Assembly: GCF_040938485.1 (NCBI RefSeq) | Contig: NW_027271623.1 | Span: forward strand, 19,756-83,755 | DNA length: 64,000 nt | From: Diadema antillarum | Taxonomy: Eukaryota | Direction of reading: 5' to 3' | In this document: in pieces, positions 1 to 11,489 of the stretch | Numbering within the stretch: the stretch's first letter is position 1 | How the letters are laid out: each line of letters opens with the position of its first letter | Program-made: the position numbers and the translations under genes | The notes under the pieces: generated by a model | Databases searched by the model: none | Told to the model about the DNA's origin: nothing | The model's input: only the letters and a program-made list of their open reading frames with translations

Positions 1-595
1 TAACAGCACATGTACCACAAGTAGGTTCTTTGCATAAGAGACATAAAATACAAGAAACACACTGCTGCCACTCTTTACATGTTAAATAACAAAAATTATC
101 TTAAAGACCTAATAAAATGGTCTGGGCATTTTTTTCTCAATGATGTAATAATATTAAATGTTAAATTCTAAGTAATTCTATGGTTGTGCGGGGTTTTTTA
201 CTGTTCTGAATTTTGTTCTATATTTGTTAACATAATGGATGCAATTTCCTCGGTTTTGGAAAACTTGCTATACTTTCACCGCATGCGGCGCACTATCACT
301 TCTAAATTGTGATGACGTCTAAGAACGGAGTCGTTCACGGCCAGTCTAGCCGTAGCCAGCGAGCTGGCAAGGCTATGCTAGCGCAGCGCAGCGACAGCCG
401 GCCGGCGGCTGCACTGGCTAGCGCTGGCGGGGGAGCGAGCTAGCGAGCGCATAGCAGGTGCTGCGCTGCACTATTGTCATTGGCTAAGCCTTTAGACAAA
501 AGAATATTTAATGAACTGTATCGGATTTAATACTGCCAATAATACAGATTACTTACTGTGGTACGCTTGGATATCCATTATTTTCGGCAAACTCG

Positions 596-1050
596 TGAAA
601 TAGGCCCCACCACTGCGTGTCTGTACTAATAGTAATACTACGGCGACTCGCCTGTTTCAGCCCCACCGTGTGGCGTTCATCTCGGTAGGTAAGCACGGCG
701 GTGGGGCTGCCTTCCACAGTGAATACTCGTGAATGCGGCGAAAATGACTTCATAATAATATGGCCCTCGACTAATTTAACGGTCAATTTAACCATAAATA
801 CAACCCTACCTAACCCTAAACCCAAGGAGGACCTACCCTTGCTTGCTATAAACGCACGGGTACGGTGCACACGCACTGCGGTGGGGCCTATTTCACGATG
901 GGTAGCCCCACCACCACTGCGTGTCTGTACTAATACTACGGCGACTCGCCTGCTTTATAGGCCTAGACCTACTCGTGAATCCAGCCCCACCGTGGCATTC
1001 ATCGGTAGATAAGCACGGCGTTTGGGCTTCCTTCCACAGTATGATTTTTA
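596..1050. repeat. Pair of ~130-bp direct repeats (596-725 and 895-1040) with an inverted segment between them (601-620 versus 868-893)
   Basis: ccccaccactgcgtgtctgtactaata(gtaata)ctacggcgactcgcctg...agccccaccgtg...gcacggcg.tggggct.ccttccacagt occurs in both copies. cacgcactgcggtggggcctatttc is the reverse complement of gaaataggccccaccactgcgtg. Confidence 0.7.
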
Positions 1051-1259
1051 GCATAAAACAAAAACTACTCGACCAAAATTGACAATAATTCTTGGTATCG
1101 TTTTTCTTAGAAAATGGCGCATCTAAATTACTGATAACAAATATTGCAGAAACTGACTATGGGAAACTGGTTAGGCCTTCTTTTTTTCTTCTTTTTTTTG
1201 GAGCCACGACCCACCCTGTAACAACATATCCCCCTAACCGTTAGGCGTTAGAGTGTAGC

Positions 1260-1420
1260 CTCGGTACTACTACCAAAGATTCTGCTATTACTACTTACTA
1301 GTCTACTAGACCTAGTGCCGTAGTGGTAATAGTACTACTACTAGTAGTAGTACTAGTAGACTACTACTACTAGTAGACTGCTACTAAATCTACTACTAGA
1401 CTACTACTGGTAGTTTAACT
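1260..1420. repeat. CTA/TAG-rich palindromic low-complexity block (ACTAGTAG / CTACTAGT motifs)
   Basis: tactactaccaaagattctgctattactacttactagtctactagacctagtgccgtagtggtaatagtactactactagtagtagtactagtagactactactactagtagactgctactaaatctactactagactactactggtag. Similar blocks recur at 60890-60990 and 63890-64000. Confidence 0.7.
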
Positions 1421-3526
1421 TGTAAGCGCCGGCCGACGGGCCAGGCCACGGCCGGGACGCTCCCGCTTGCTTGCTGCGGCCGAAGTAGCCGCTCACTTTG
1501 TGAGCGAGCTGGGCCTGTTCTTCTAATCTACTTACTAGACAAACAGTTACAACTTGCAATGTCAATCATGTAGAATACAGTATATCCTTTCTAAGGTTAA
1601 ACTATATGGGGGCATACCAGACATACCACTCTGTATTTCCCAGGCGATCGTTTCCGTGAGGTCTATTCTCGGGCTTGGTGCCATGTTCATACGCTCTTGC
1701 ACTGGCAGCGGGGGAGATGCAGCTGGTTCATATCGGTAAGGTGCAGCCCCACGATAACGTTCTGGTTCATCGGCTGCCTCTCCCTCCCCATCTTCCCCTT
1801 CAACTTCATGTGCCTCCTCTTCTTCTCCGCTATCGTCAGAGCTGCAGTCTTCATCATCATCATCAATGTCGAAGTTTACCCATATAGGGGAAGATATTAT
1901 GCTCGAGGTACCAGGTATCTGTGCAAGCTAACTTAGTGATAATGTACGTGGTAATGCGTACATATGTCGACAGTCAGTGGGTCGACCGGGAGCGCACATC
2001 CCGCGGCACGGGGCCCGGGCCTGGCCGGGCTAGCTATCGTGTACGCGCGTGTACCAAGCTAGTAATCTGAGTGCTTGTGCTGAGCGGCGTCTGCTAACTG
2101 AGCACAACTCCGTGCTTATATGTCATCAATCGGTTCAGGGGTGTTGGTCACGTGACTATCTTTTTCGCAAAAGCTGCAACGGGGTCCTCCAAAAATGTGA
2201 TATTTGGGGGAGTTTCTAGAAGCGATAAAAACCGGAACGACACTGACAACATATTTACATTGATAATCATGACATATGTTTTACATTTCTTTTGCATATT
2301 AAAACATTTTGCAAGCATTTTATTAGGTCTTTAAAATGCTATTACTGAAGCACATTTTTTTCTGATGATAATAGCAAGACCCTTGCCATAGGGTCTTCTT
2401 ACATTTGACATCTTCAGTTTAAAGCCAGAAGTTGTTACTGCACTGATGAGTGTTAGGGTCTTTCAGCCTCTTCATGATGTACAGTCAGGCATGAACTAAA
2501 TTATATGTATTCCAGTAACATGTCAAATTGTACAGGAAAACCATGTGAAAATAAGGTACATGTAGCAAGGGCCAACCAGTACACTTGTACCTGGTAAAGG
2601 TATTTAAAAAACAAAGGCCAGCTACATACAACAAAGGAAAATATGGACAGCCAAATTCACCTTGTCAAGTTATACCTTTGTAGGTAGTAAGCGAGCTTGC
2701 TTAACCCTGTTCACTTTTACATGCATGTGTACACTGTACTACTAAATGCAGATCCCTAACCATTCGGAATTTTGGAGGAAAGAATCTGAGTTCTGACCAT
2801 TCTCAGCTCATGTCACGATAGGAATTTCCTATTTTGGTGATAATATTACTACTGTACACACTCCCATAGGAAGTGCTCTTTCTTACTTTCGAGCCAAGTC
2901 ATCCCTATTGAGGTCTGCCAAACATACTGCAGTCCACAGCACCTTTTCATTCTCTTATCTCTTCCTATCGCTCATTACTTCAGTAACACTTAGCACCTGA
3001 TACCTTCCCCTTACAAGTGGTAAATTGCAGATGTCCAAATATGTTTTGTCTTTACAATATGTACTTTATACCGCTGCAATTGTCATCAATAACACCAAGA
3101 AGTTGTGGGTGGGTTTTACAAATTATCACCTTTTTATCTCATCATTTAGAACAGTCTATAATCAACATCATTTGCTGAATTTTGAATTTCTATAATATCA
3201 TGTGGTTTCCATTCAAAGAAAATCTTTCCAGGAAAGTGCAAATACATGTAGTTGCACTTCCCCTACATGAACAAGCCCTCTTTGCTGTATTGTAACACTT
3301 AAAAATCAAAATTATTCAGGATACCAAGCTTGGTCTACAAGCTTGTAACAGCTCCATCCCATGATTACGTCATGTACATTGGAATTGTTCATGTAGACTG
3401 CTACTCATTACATAAATATATGCTGTATCATGAGTGGATTTACCTTGCTTCAAACTCAACAGATTCTGAAATGAGGTAATGCCCACAGAATCAAAATCGC
3501 CTCTACATTGTACCCTAAAGCGCTTT

Positions 3527-4447
3527 TTACACTTGTGTTTCTTAACCCCGAACTTTCTCTGACCCAGGACTATCGTTAGTCCCGTACCAATTTTTTCAGC
3601 TTTTTACACTCGCCAATTAGTCCCGTCCTATCTCTTGTCCGGGGCTAAGGAGAAAACTGACCTTTTTACACTCGTATTTCTTAGCCCCGGACTTTCCAAA
3701 CCACATGAATATTCATGATTACGCTGTGTACTGTACACGTACACGCATGCACTGGCAGCACTTGATTACCTCGTTTCTGATTGGTCAATGAGGGTCGGAC
3801 TTCGTCTCCGTCGCTTAGCCCAGGATTATTTTTTCATTCTGTTTACACTCACTTGCTTGGCACTGCAATTGCGGTGCTAACCCTGCTATTTTGCAGAGCC
3901 AGATAGTACGGGATTATCAGTGGAGGTGTGGAGGTGTCGTGGCTGAGTGGATAAGAGCGCTCGTCTGTGAACGACATGAGCGTGGTATGGTTCGTGGGTT
4001 CGAGCCCATGCCAAGCCCGACACGTTTGCCCTTCAGCAAGGCACTTTATCCACATTGCTGCTCTCCACCCAGGAGTATAAATGGGTACCCGGTAGGATGA
4101 GAAAGCTTATGTTGGTTGATCAGCATGTGCGCGCCTGTAAAATGGCTGCGACTGGCTGGAATGCTCCCCAGGGAGTGGAGAATGAGCACTGTTAGTGCTG
4201 GTTGGAAATAATGTATCCAGTGACCGGGGTAATAATAGTCTGTAAAGCGCATTGAAACCCTGAAGTGTGTGAAATGCGCTTTATAAAAAACCAGCTATTA
4301 TCAGTGGGGCTAGCCCACTTTGGCAAAAACGAGTGTAAACAGAAAGTGGGCTAAGGATAGTCCAGTACCAACGGTGGGGCTAAGGCCCCCCCTTAGCCCC
4401 ACCGTTGGTACGGGACTAAGCAAAAATTTACAAGTGTAAAAAGCCCT
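3527..4447. mobile_element. Foldback/MITE-like element with sub-repeated inverted arms around a tRNA-like SINE core (~3933-4024, with A box TGGCTGAGTGG and B box GGTTCGAGCCC)
   Basis: The left arm at 3527-3700 carries three copies of TTTTTACAC(T/C)(C/T)G plus TTAGTCCCGTACCA and GGGGCTAAGG. The right arm at 4290-4447 is its reverse complement (cttaagggctttttacacttgtaa...ttagtcccgtaccaacggtggggctaagg). The core has a 6-bp acceptor-like stem GTGTCG/CGACAC and a T-arm GTGGG-TTCGAGC-CCCAT. Confidence 0.55.
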
Positions 4448-6543
4448 TAAGATAATTTGTACTCTCCAAATATGACATAGCAGAGTAAAAATTATCATAA
4501 CATCTGAGATTTCACAAAACGATGACATACCACTACCAGTGAAGAAATCATCATAATGACCGAGATTTCACAACACAATCTTTAGATTTCTATTTGTCCC
4601 TTTAATTACATAGGTTTTAATAGACAACAAGCTCTTGCTTACTCTCTGAGCAGCAAATGAAGGTTGGACACAATCTTACAAGTAAACTCATCACCACTCC
4701 TGTATCTGGGGAAAGCATATTCAAGTGTGTAACTACTGACATGCATAACTTTGCAACAATTCCTTGATCAACTCGTGGTCAAAATGTCTCTCTTTGAGTA
4801 CAGAGTTGGAGTTACAACTGGCTGTAATTATTCAAACAGTTGTCAGAATTCTATTGATGTACAAAACAATTTAACAGGTGCATCTGTGCCTTTGATGATC
4901 GATGTTCAATGCTGCCATCTTGCTGAGCAATCTGAAGATTTATTTTGAATGTTAACATAATGTTGGCCATATTTTGCTTATTAATTTATTAAATGAAATG
5001 AAATTTCACTTAATGATAAAGCATGTACAGTTGTACAACAAAATTCAATCCCGTCCAGAAATTTGTGCAAAAGTGTAAATCAGAGCTGTATCATGTGAAA
5101 ATGTTTAAAACTGTACCAACCTGGAAAGCCAGTTTTTTCACTTTTCCACTTTATTTCCACAAATAAAACTAATATGGAATAATCTCCAAGTATAATTCTT
5201 TATTGATGATATATCAAACTAGTGCCTGGGTATGCCTAGTCAAGTAATTTTCATCTTTCTTTCAGCATTTTTTGCGCAATTTCTATTCACACATCCTTGT
5301 GTCTGTACCACCTACCTTTTATAAGAAGGGATAGCAAAAAGTAATTACCATCACAAAGACATAATCTTCCTTAGAAAGTGGCTGGTGATTATGCAATGAG
5401 ACACGAGTCAATCGTCTTCCTATCTGTGTGGCAGCTCCTTTTTGGCTCATGCTTAAAATATTTTTGCGCGGTCATGACTCCATTCTCTTGAACCTCCGTG
5501 GTATAATGGTGCAGAGGAATTCCTGGAGTTCAAACACCAAAGGCTGACACAAACATGAAAATTGGCCCCATTGATTTACACCAATACCAGGATTATTACA
5601 GCATCTGACCTCATCATTATATCAAGACTCCTCTCTTGGTAATAATAGCAAGCTTTAGATCTGTGTCACTCATGTTTATGACATGCATCCTCCCACGCTG
5701 GACAAAGGGAACAGCTGCTGTCTGGTGCCACAAATCTAAAGCTCACTAATATTTCATAGAAATTGACTGCAAGCAAACCTTGGTTAGTCTGGAAACTAGA
5801 AAGAGATTTTTGGATAGCAATTAGAACAGTGGACAACTGAACAAAAGCTCTTTTGATGCATGTCACAATCTGCTTAGAAAGAAAGTGGAGAAATAAAGGG
5901 ACTTTGACGATATGCACCCTGTACAAAGTCATCTTACAAGAAATCTGTCTCTTCCACTAGGAAGATAACCTTTGTCTTGGCATTTAATGCCATATTTTAG
6001 CTAAAACTAGAACTAGCCTAGGCAGGCATTTGAAACTCTTGAATTTGAGTTCACTCAATTTAATCTGTGTTCCAGCTGACTTCAGTGATTATCAAATCAA
6101 TACAAAAACAGAATCAGCAGAGTTTCATACCAAATTGAACCCAAGTAAGATAGTCGCAGAAGATTCTAAGTTGGTCACAATCACATACAAAAATACCCAG
6201 GCATATGGCATTGTCTTTCCCTCATATTATGTTACTGCTGTTGTTTTAATCCAGTGTTGTCTTTCAGAGAAGCATCACTACACCAGCCTGCTGACCTCAG
6301 ATATCTCTTGGGACAGGTCAAAATTAAGAACTCTTCCTTACATAGTGGACATGTATTTTATATGCAATCTTTTGATTATCGTGTGCCAATGCTTTGAGAA
6401 GGCCAATATTGCTAAGTCAGTGGAGACGTCTGGCAAATCATGATTAATGTTACAAATATCTCCAAGGAAGTGCCCTTAGAGTTACCTATATACAATATAA
6501 TACAGACTATACACGCCCAGGACAAAAAAGAGACATGGGTGGA

Positions 6544-6639
6544 TTATGTGGATCTTTTCCTGATCTTATATTTCCCTTTCTGCATTTGAGTCACATAGAT
6601 GCGCATCTTCTGGTTGTCCAAGGTTTTCTTCACCCAGAT
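6544..6639 (-). CDS. SUDS3: SUDS3-like terminal exon: IWVKKTLDNQKMRIYVTQMQKGKYKIRKRST, stop TAA at 6544-6546
   Basis: Acceptor CTGCAG precedes it on the minus strand. It aligns to the human C-terminus [32 protein letters not shown]. It is shorter than 60 aa, so it is absent from the ORF track. Confidence 0.75.
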   Translation of the reverse strand: MWVKKTLDNQKMRIYVTQMQKGKYKIRKRST

Positions 6640-7148
6640 CTGCAGATAGAAGAGACAAAACAGGATGACGGGTTTAACTTACAAAACAGAAGTCACACAC
6701 TGGAAGACATGTGCATGATGTATCACATCCAGGACTGAATTTCAAACATGCAAAGAAACTCTACGACCTGGCAGTAACTTGTTTCATTCAGGGATGTTGA
6801 TGGTTTCAGTTTCAGTTTATTTTCTTTAATCACTGTAATTTGCCTCGAATCAGCAAAGCTGTTCTTCTGCAAATCTGTGAATAACATAAAAATAGCAGGA
6901 ATACATACAAACTGCACTTATATACAATAATAAAGAAAGGAACAAGTGTATTCAGACTGCTAATCCGCTTTCAATACCACTATCAAACCTGGTTTGGTAG
7001 AGGATGACAACAACAAGTGTGAAAATGGCAAAAATTGGTGCTTGGTGAATTCAGAAGGATTGGTCTTAATATGCTGTACAATATTTAAGACAGTAGCATC
7101 TTTTGAAAGTCCAGCACACACCTAGGTTGCCTATCTAGTAATTCTCAC

Positions 7149-7474
7149 CTCAATCTGGCCGATGGACGTGATGATTGCGCTGACCTTCCCCATGTCCTTG
7201 GACTCAACGTACACATTCTGGCCTCGATGGAACCAACGCTTCTCATAGAACAGCTTTCCATCCTCAATGCGCACATTGTATTTATGGTTGCTGCTACTTC
7301 CTGCTCCACTGTTACTGCTGGAGGTTGTGGTGGTGTTGGTGCTGCCAGTGGTGGATGTTGTAATGCCTGAAGTGTTTGTGGTGCTGGTTGTGTTGCCTGA
7401 TGTTGCAGAGTTGTTGCTGTGGCTGTGTGAGCCATGGTTGGAATGGGATTTCATGCCTGTCTTGGGTTTCCATG
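7149..7474 (-). CDS. SUDS3: SUDS3-like exon 7: an S/T/N/H-rich low-complexity linker followed by ...NHKYNVRIEDGKLFYEKRWFHRGQNVYVESKDMGKVSAIITSIGQIE
   Basis: Minus ORF 7131..7532. A polypyrimidine tract and TTTTTTAG acceptor sit at 7475-7490, and the donor is GTGAGAAT. It aligns to human [42 protein letters not shown]. Confidence 0.8.
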
Positions 7475-10400
7475 CTAAAAAATACAACAAGCAAACAAAT
7501 GCATAAAGAAGAATTACCATGACATATCTCATTTGTGTTACTCTGCTGGGGTTATTATTTTTTTTCCTAGCTGTCCAGTTGTAATTTGCCTTACATAACT
7601 AAATACAAGCAAAAGGAATTCAGTGTTGTTGTGACATAGAAATTGACTGGAATTTGCAAGTACTGATTTGTGATACAAAAAGATACTTGCAAGATAAAAT
7701 TCTTATCACATATGTGACAGCATTTTGTCAACACACTCAACTCATTTATTACCAGCTTCAGGCAGTCAGTAGCATGTCCAGGCCATGGGTCTGTGCATGT
7801 ATAACCTTTTTTTCTTTTCTTTTCTTTTCTTTTAAGATTACAGTTTTGTACATATGGTAGATCTTGAAAAACCTCAAAGGTTCTAACTACATTATCTGCT
7901 GACATTTTGGATCATTCATCCATAATGTAATTTGCACTTTGCTGACCCTTTATCATACCTAGTTTGTTTGTGTTTCCCATGATATCATAAAATCATCTCA
8001 AGCAGTTTAAAATCTATCACATGATTATTGCTATTGAACATTTTTTTTTTTTCATTTTTTAAAATTTGTTTTATTTGTTTTATTTTATCTTATTTTTTAT
8101 TTTAATTTTTTTAAAGCCAGCATCTCGGGTTGAGAGTGAGACAGTGATGTGCACTTGAAGTGCTTATTTCCGGTATGCCACTCAGCATTGTTTTACTGCT
8201 CCTTTGTTTGTTAGCACATAATGTTTCAATATGGTTGCTACAGTGTATTTTTGCTACAATCAGCAGGAATGATGGCAGGCTATACAAGCTGGTTACAGAG
8301 CCAAATACGACCAAGTAGGCAGTACATTACTACATGAGAGAACAGCCACTTACAGGCTTTGGGCTTCCACGTTTGTGTCTTCTCTGCGGACTTACGGATG
8401 TTTCCTGCATCAAGAACAATGGCAGAGTTGAGTTTTCATGACTTTCAATGAGTCCCTTCATCTATGCTACTGATACAGTAAATGTTGTACTTGTTGGATT
8501 CTTTTTTTCTTTCATTTTTTAAAAATATTACTGTAACTTCAATGAAGATAGTGAAAGAATAGAAAATCAAAGAGTGAGAGAGTGGTATCAGTCAACCACA
8601 TTCTACACATGGTGAAATTTACTTCTAAATTGTTCTATAAACTGGTCACATACCAAACATGTTTTCACAGTTATATACCACTATGTCTTACTGTTGACTT
8701 CAATATTCAGTGCAATAGGACAACCCATACAGTCAAACCTGTCTTAGTGCTCAACTGTTGTGTAAGGCCACGAGAAACAATTCCCTCCAAGAGAAAAGGC
8801 ATGCTGAAGAACCTGTCTATAGCGGCCATCCTTTCTATAACAGCCATTTTCTCTCCCTTGGGTGGCCACTTTAGACAGGTGTGACTGTAGTTGTAGCGCA
8901 GAACTGGACCTGCTAATAAAGCTACATAATTTAGCACCTGAATATCTTCTGTGTAGACACAAAGGTGTTGCACTGAATGCTATTTTTGCCTTGTTTGTAA
9001 AGATCTGGACAATAACAAGCCTTTATATGAGGAAATGGAGAAAGTGTGTGAACAGAGTGAAATTCAATCTTAGATACAAGATTACCTGATTTCTTGGTTG
9101 TTCCACTTTTACTCTGTAAAATAAATCAGAAGTGAAAAGAAATATATTACAAAAAATACATTATTAGGTAACAGGTGCTAAGATAAGAGTGAAAAAATTT
9201 CAAAACTGAAACTGAACTTGTGATCTAGAAAGATTTGTCATTTGTTTCCTCTGGTTCTCAGTAATGGTTACCGGTACATTAGGAAATGAAACCAATTATT
9301 TATCTTTGTACAAAACTGCACAGGGTTCCAGTATTAAAATGCATCTCATTACACCTTCTGTGACATTTCAAAAGTCAAACTGATCTGATGATTGACAATA
9401 TATCTTGAAGGTCTTGAGGCCAAGCTATGTGTACACATGTAAGATGCTGTGTAATTGACCCTCTTAGGGTTGGAGATGTCTGAGTCTTTAAATGCTATTC
9501 TGCGATGTTCTTTGTATTTGCTATATATGCTTGTAAATATCTGTAAATAAACTGTATTATAATGTAAATAACAACTGAATGGACGTAAATTACGGAACAC
9601 ACAAAAAGTCTGCAAGAATCTTCAGCTAATGAAGACTTAATCATCATCATCATCATCAGAAGAAGAAGAAGAAATGTCACCTCTACTAATTGCAACATAC
9701 TATATATCAGTCATCACATATCCCATATGATGCCTGGTAGTGTTGAAATGAAGTACAGTGTGTGACAAAGTCCTTACTAAAATACAGTGAGATGACAAGG
9801 CCCCCCTCAAAAAAAAAAAAAAAATCAATCAATAGAAAATAATAACAAAAAATACAGAAATTCTTTCCTGTAGCTCTTAGGAAAAGCACACTCAAAACTA
9901 TTTTGCACATTCTGCAAAAGCATGAACACAACACAATGAACTGCTTGGTAATGGCAAGTAAGGCAGGAGAGGGAAGTCTATTTCACTAAAGGACTTGATA
10001 AGGACTTAACAAAGAGAGTCTTTGATTATTCACTACTGTGTACAGTGTAGAGAAGTCTTCAATAAGAAGGCAGGCACTGAAAGCTAAGAGATTAATTACC
10101 TTGGTGAGGGCTTTAATGTCAGCTGTAATGTCCTCATCATTCAGCAAGTAGCAAAACTGAGGTGCACCTTGGTCAAGTCAAATATTCATAAGTTATGAAA
10201 GAGCAATCATAAATCTTTTTTTTTTCTGTGTCTTCATGCATTCATATATCTTGAACAGTGAAGTCATGGAATGGAGCTCACGTGGATAGCAATTTCAACT
10301 TTTTAATTTGTGCATATACTTATAGAACGAACAACAGAAGTGTGGTGCTACTAGCCATAAGCTAAACTGCTACTAGTTGTATGCTTGATACAACATAGAT

Positions 10401-10492
10401 GTCTGTCTATACATCATAGTGGGTCTATTCTCCTCTTAGCAAGATTTTGCTTGATTGGGGCCAACACAGACCCATGACAACAAGGCAACATT

Positions 10493-11080
10493 AAACTTTA
10501 AAGGACAAGTTCACCTTCATAAACATAAGGATTGAGAAAATGCAACAATATTAGTAGAACACATCAGTGAAAGTTTGAGGAAAATTGGACAATCGATGCA
10601 GAAGTTATGAATTTTTTTAAATTTTTGTGTTGGAACCGCTGGATGAGGAGACTACTACAGCTTGTGAGTCATATGCGTACAACAGTACAAAGAAAATGTA
10701 AAAGAAAATTCAACATATTTTCACTTTTTTCGCATAATAAAAGAGCACTTGACTTGCCTCTTTCTAAAGGCAGGGGGAATAATATTACCCATAAAATTTG
10801 TCGGTAACGAGTCAGGGGAATGTGTACTTTTTTTCAAAAGATGGAATTTTGTGAAATTCTCTTTATATTTTCCTTATATTGTTGTACGCATGTGACATCT
10901 AAGTTATTCATACACAGCAGTAGTCTTCTCATCCAGCGGGTACTGCACAAAAACTTCAAAAATTCATAACTTTTGAACGGATTGTCTGATTTTCCTCAAA
11001 CTTTCAATGATGTGTTCTACTAATATTGCTACATTCTCTCAATCCTTATGTTTATGAAGGTGAACTTGTCCTTTAAGCTT
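10493..11080. mobile_element. Foldback element with ~180-bp near-perfect inverted arms (10493-10670 and 10900-11080) around a ~230 bp spacer, in SUDS3 intron 6
   Basis: aaactttaaaggacaagttcaccttcataaacataaggattgagaaaatgcaacaatattagtagaacacatc... reappears as its reverse complement at 10960-11080. Confidence 0.8.
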
Positions 11081-11271
11081 GCATTAGTCAATGTAACATT
11101 CATATATACCAGGTTAAAATTGGAAGAATAAGTCTCTGCACCTAACCAGATATGCAATGTACTACTTTATGTAAGATCACCATCATCACCATGGAGATCA
11201 CTGTACTGTTTCCAATCAATGTACCATCTGCACATAATATCTTTGCCTGCTATATACTGTACACGCATTAA

Positions 11272-11356
11272 CCCATGAAAGACTAGTCCTGAGTATACGC
11301 AGGGCAGGTGTTTATGGGAAACATGTTTTATAGCAAAATCAGCTGACCCTCAATAG
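11272..11356. mobile_element. Micro-MITE (~85 bp) of a second piggyBac-like family. TTAA sits at the left end (11268-11271) and the right end is degenerate
   Basis: CCCATGAAAGACTAGTCCTGAGTATACGCAGGGCAGGTGTTTATGGGAAACATG... is homologous to the copies at 41130, 46295 and 33011. Confidence 0.55.
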
Positions 11357-11489
11357 CTCCATGTATTACTACCTGAGGTTGACAAAAGAAATCTTTGAAG
11401 GTCTTACTGATTCTGAATTCTCTGCAAAAATCACATGAAACAGCCTGAAACTAGAAATATCACTGAAGGTGATTAATACCCCCGCCCCG

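Noticed and set aside
3933-4024. Possible genuine tRNA gene
   Set aside because: A-box and B-box, an acceptor stem and a T-arm are present, but I could not fold a convincing D-arm or anticodon arm. The segment sits inside a foldback repeat. I treat it as a tRNA-derived SINE head or pseudo-tRNA, not an annotated tRNA.
6030-6443. 137-aa plus-strand ORF just downstream of the SUDS3 stop
   Set aside because: It sits in AT-rich DNA that is most likely the SUDS3 3' UTR on the opposite strand. It has no homology signal, and the peptide is hydrophobic and low-complexity (typical of AT-rich random ORFs).
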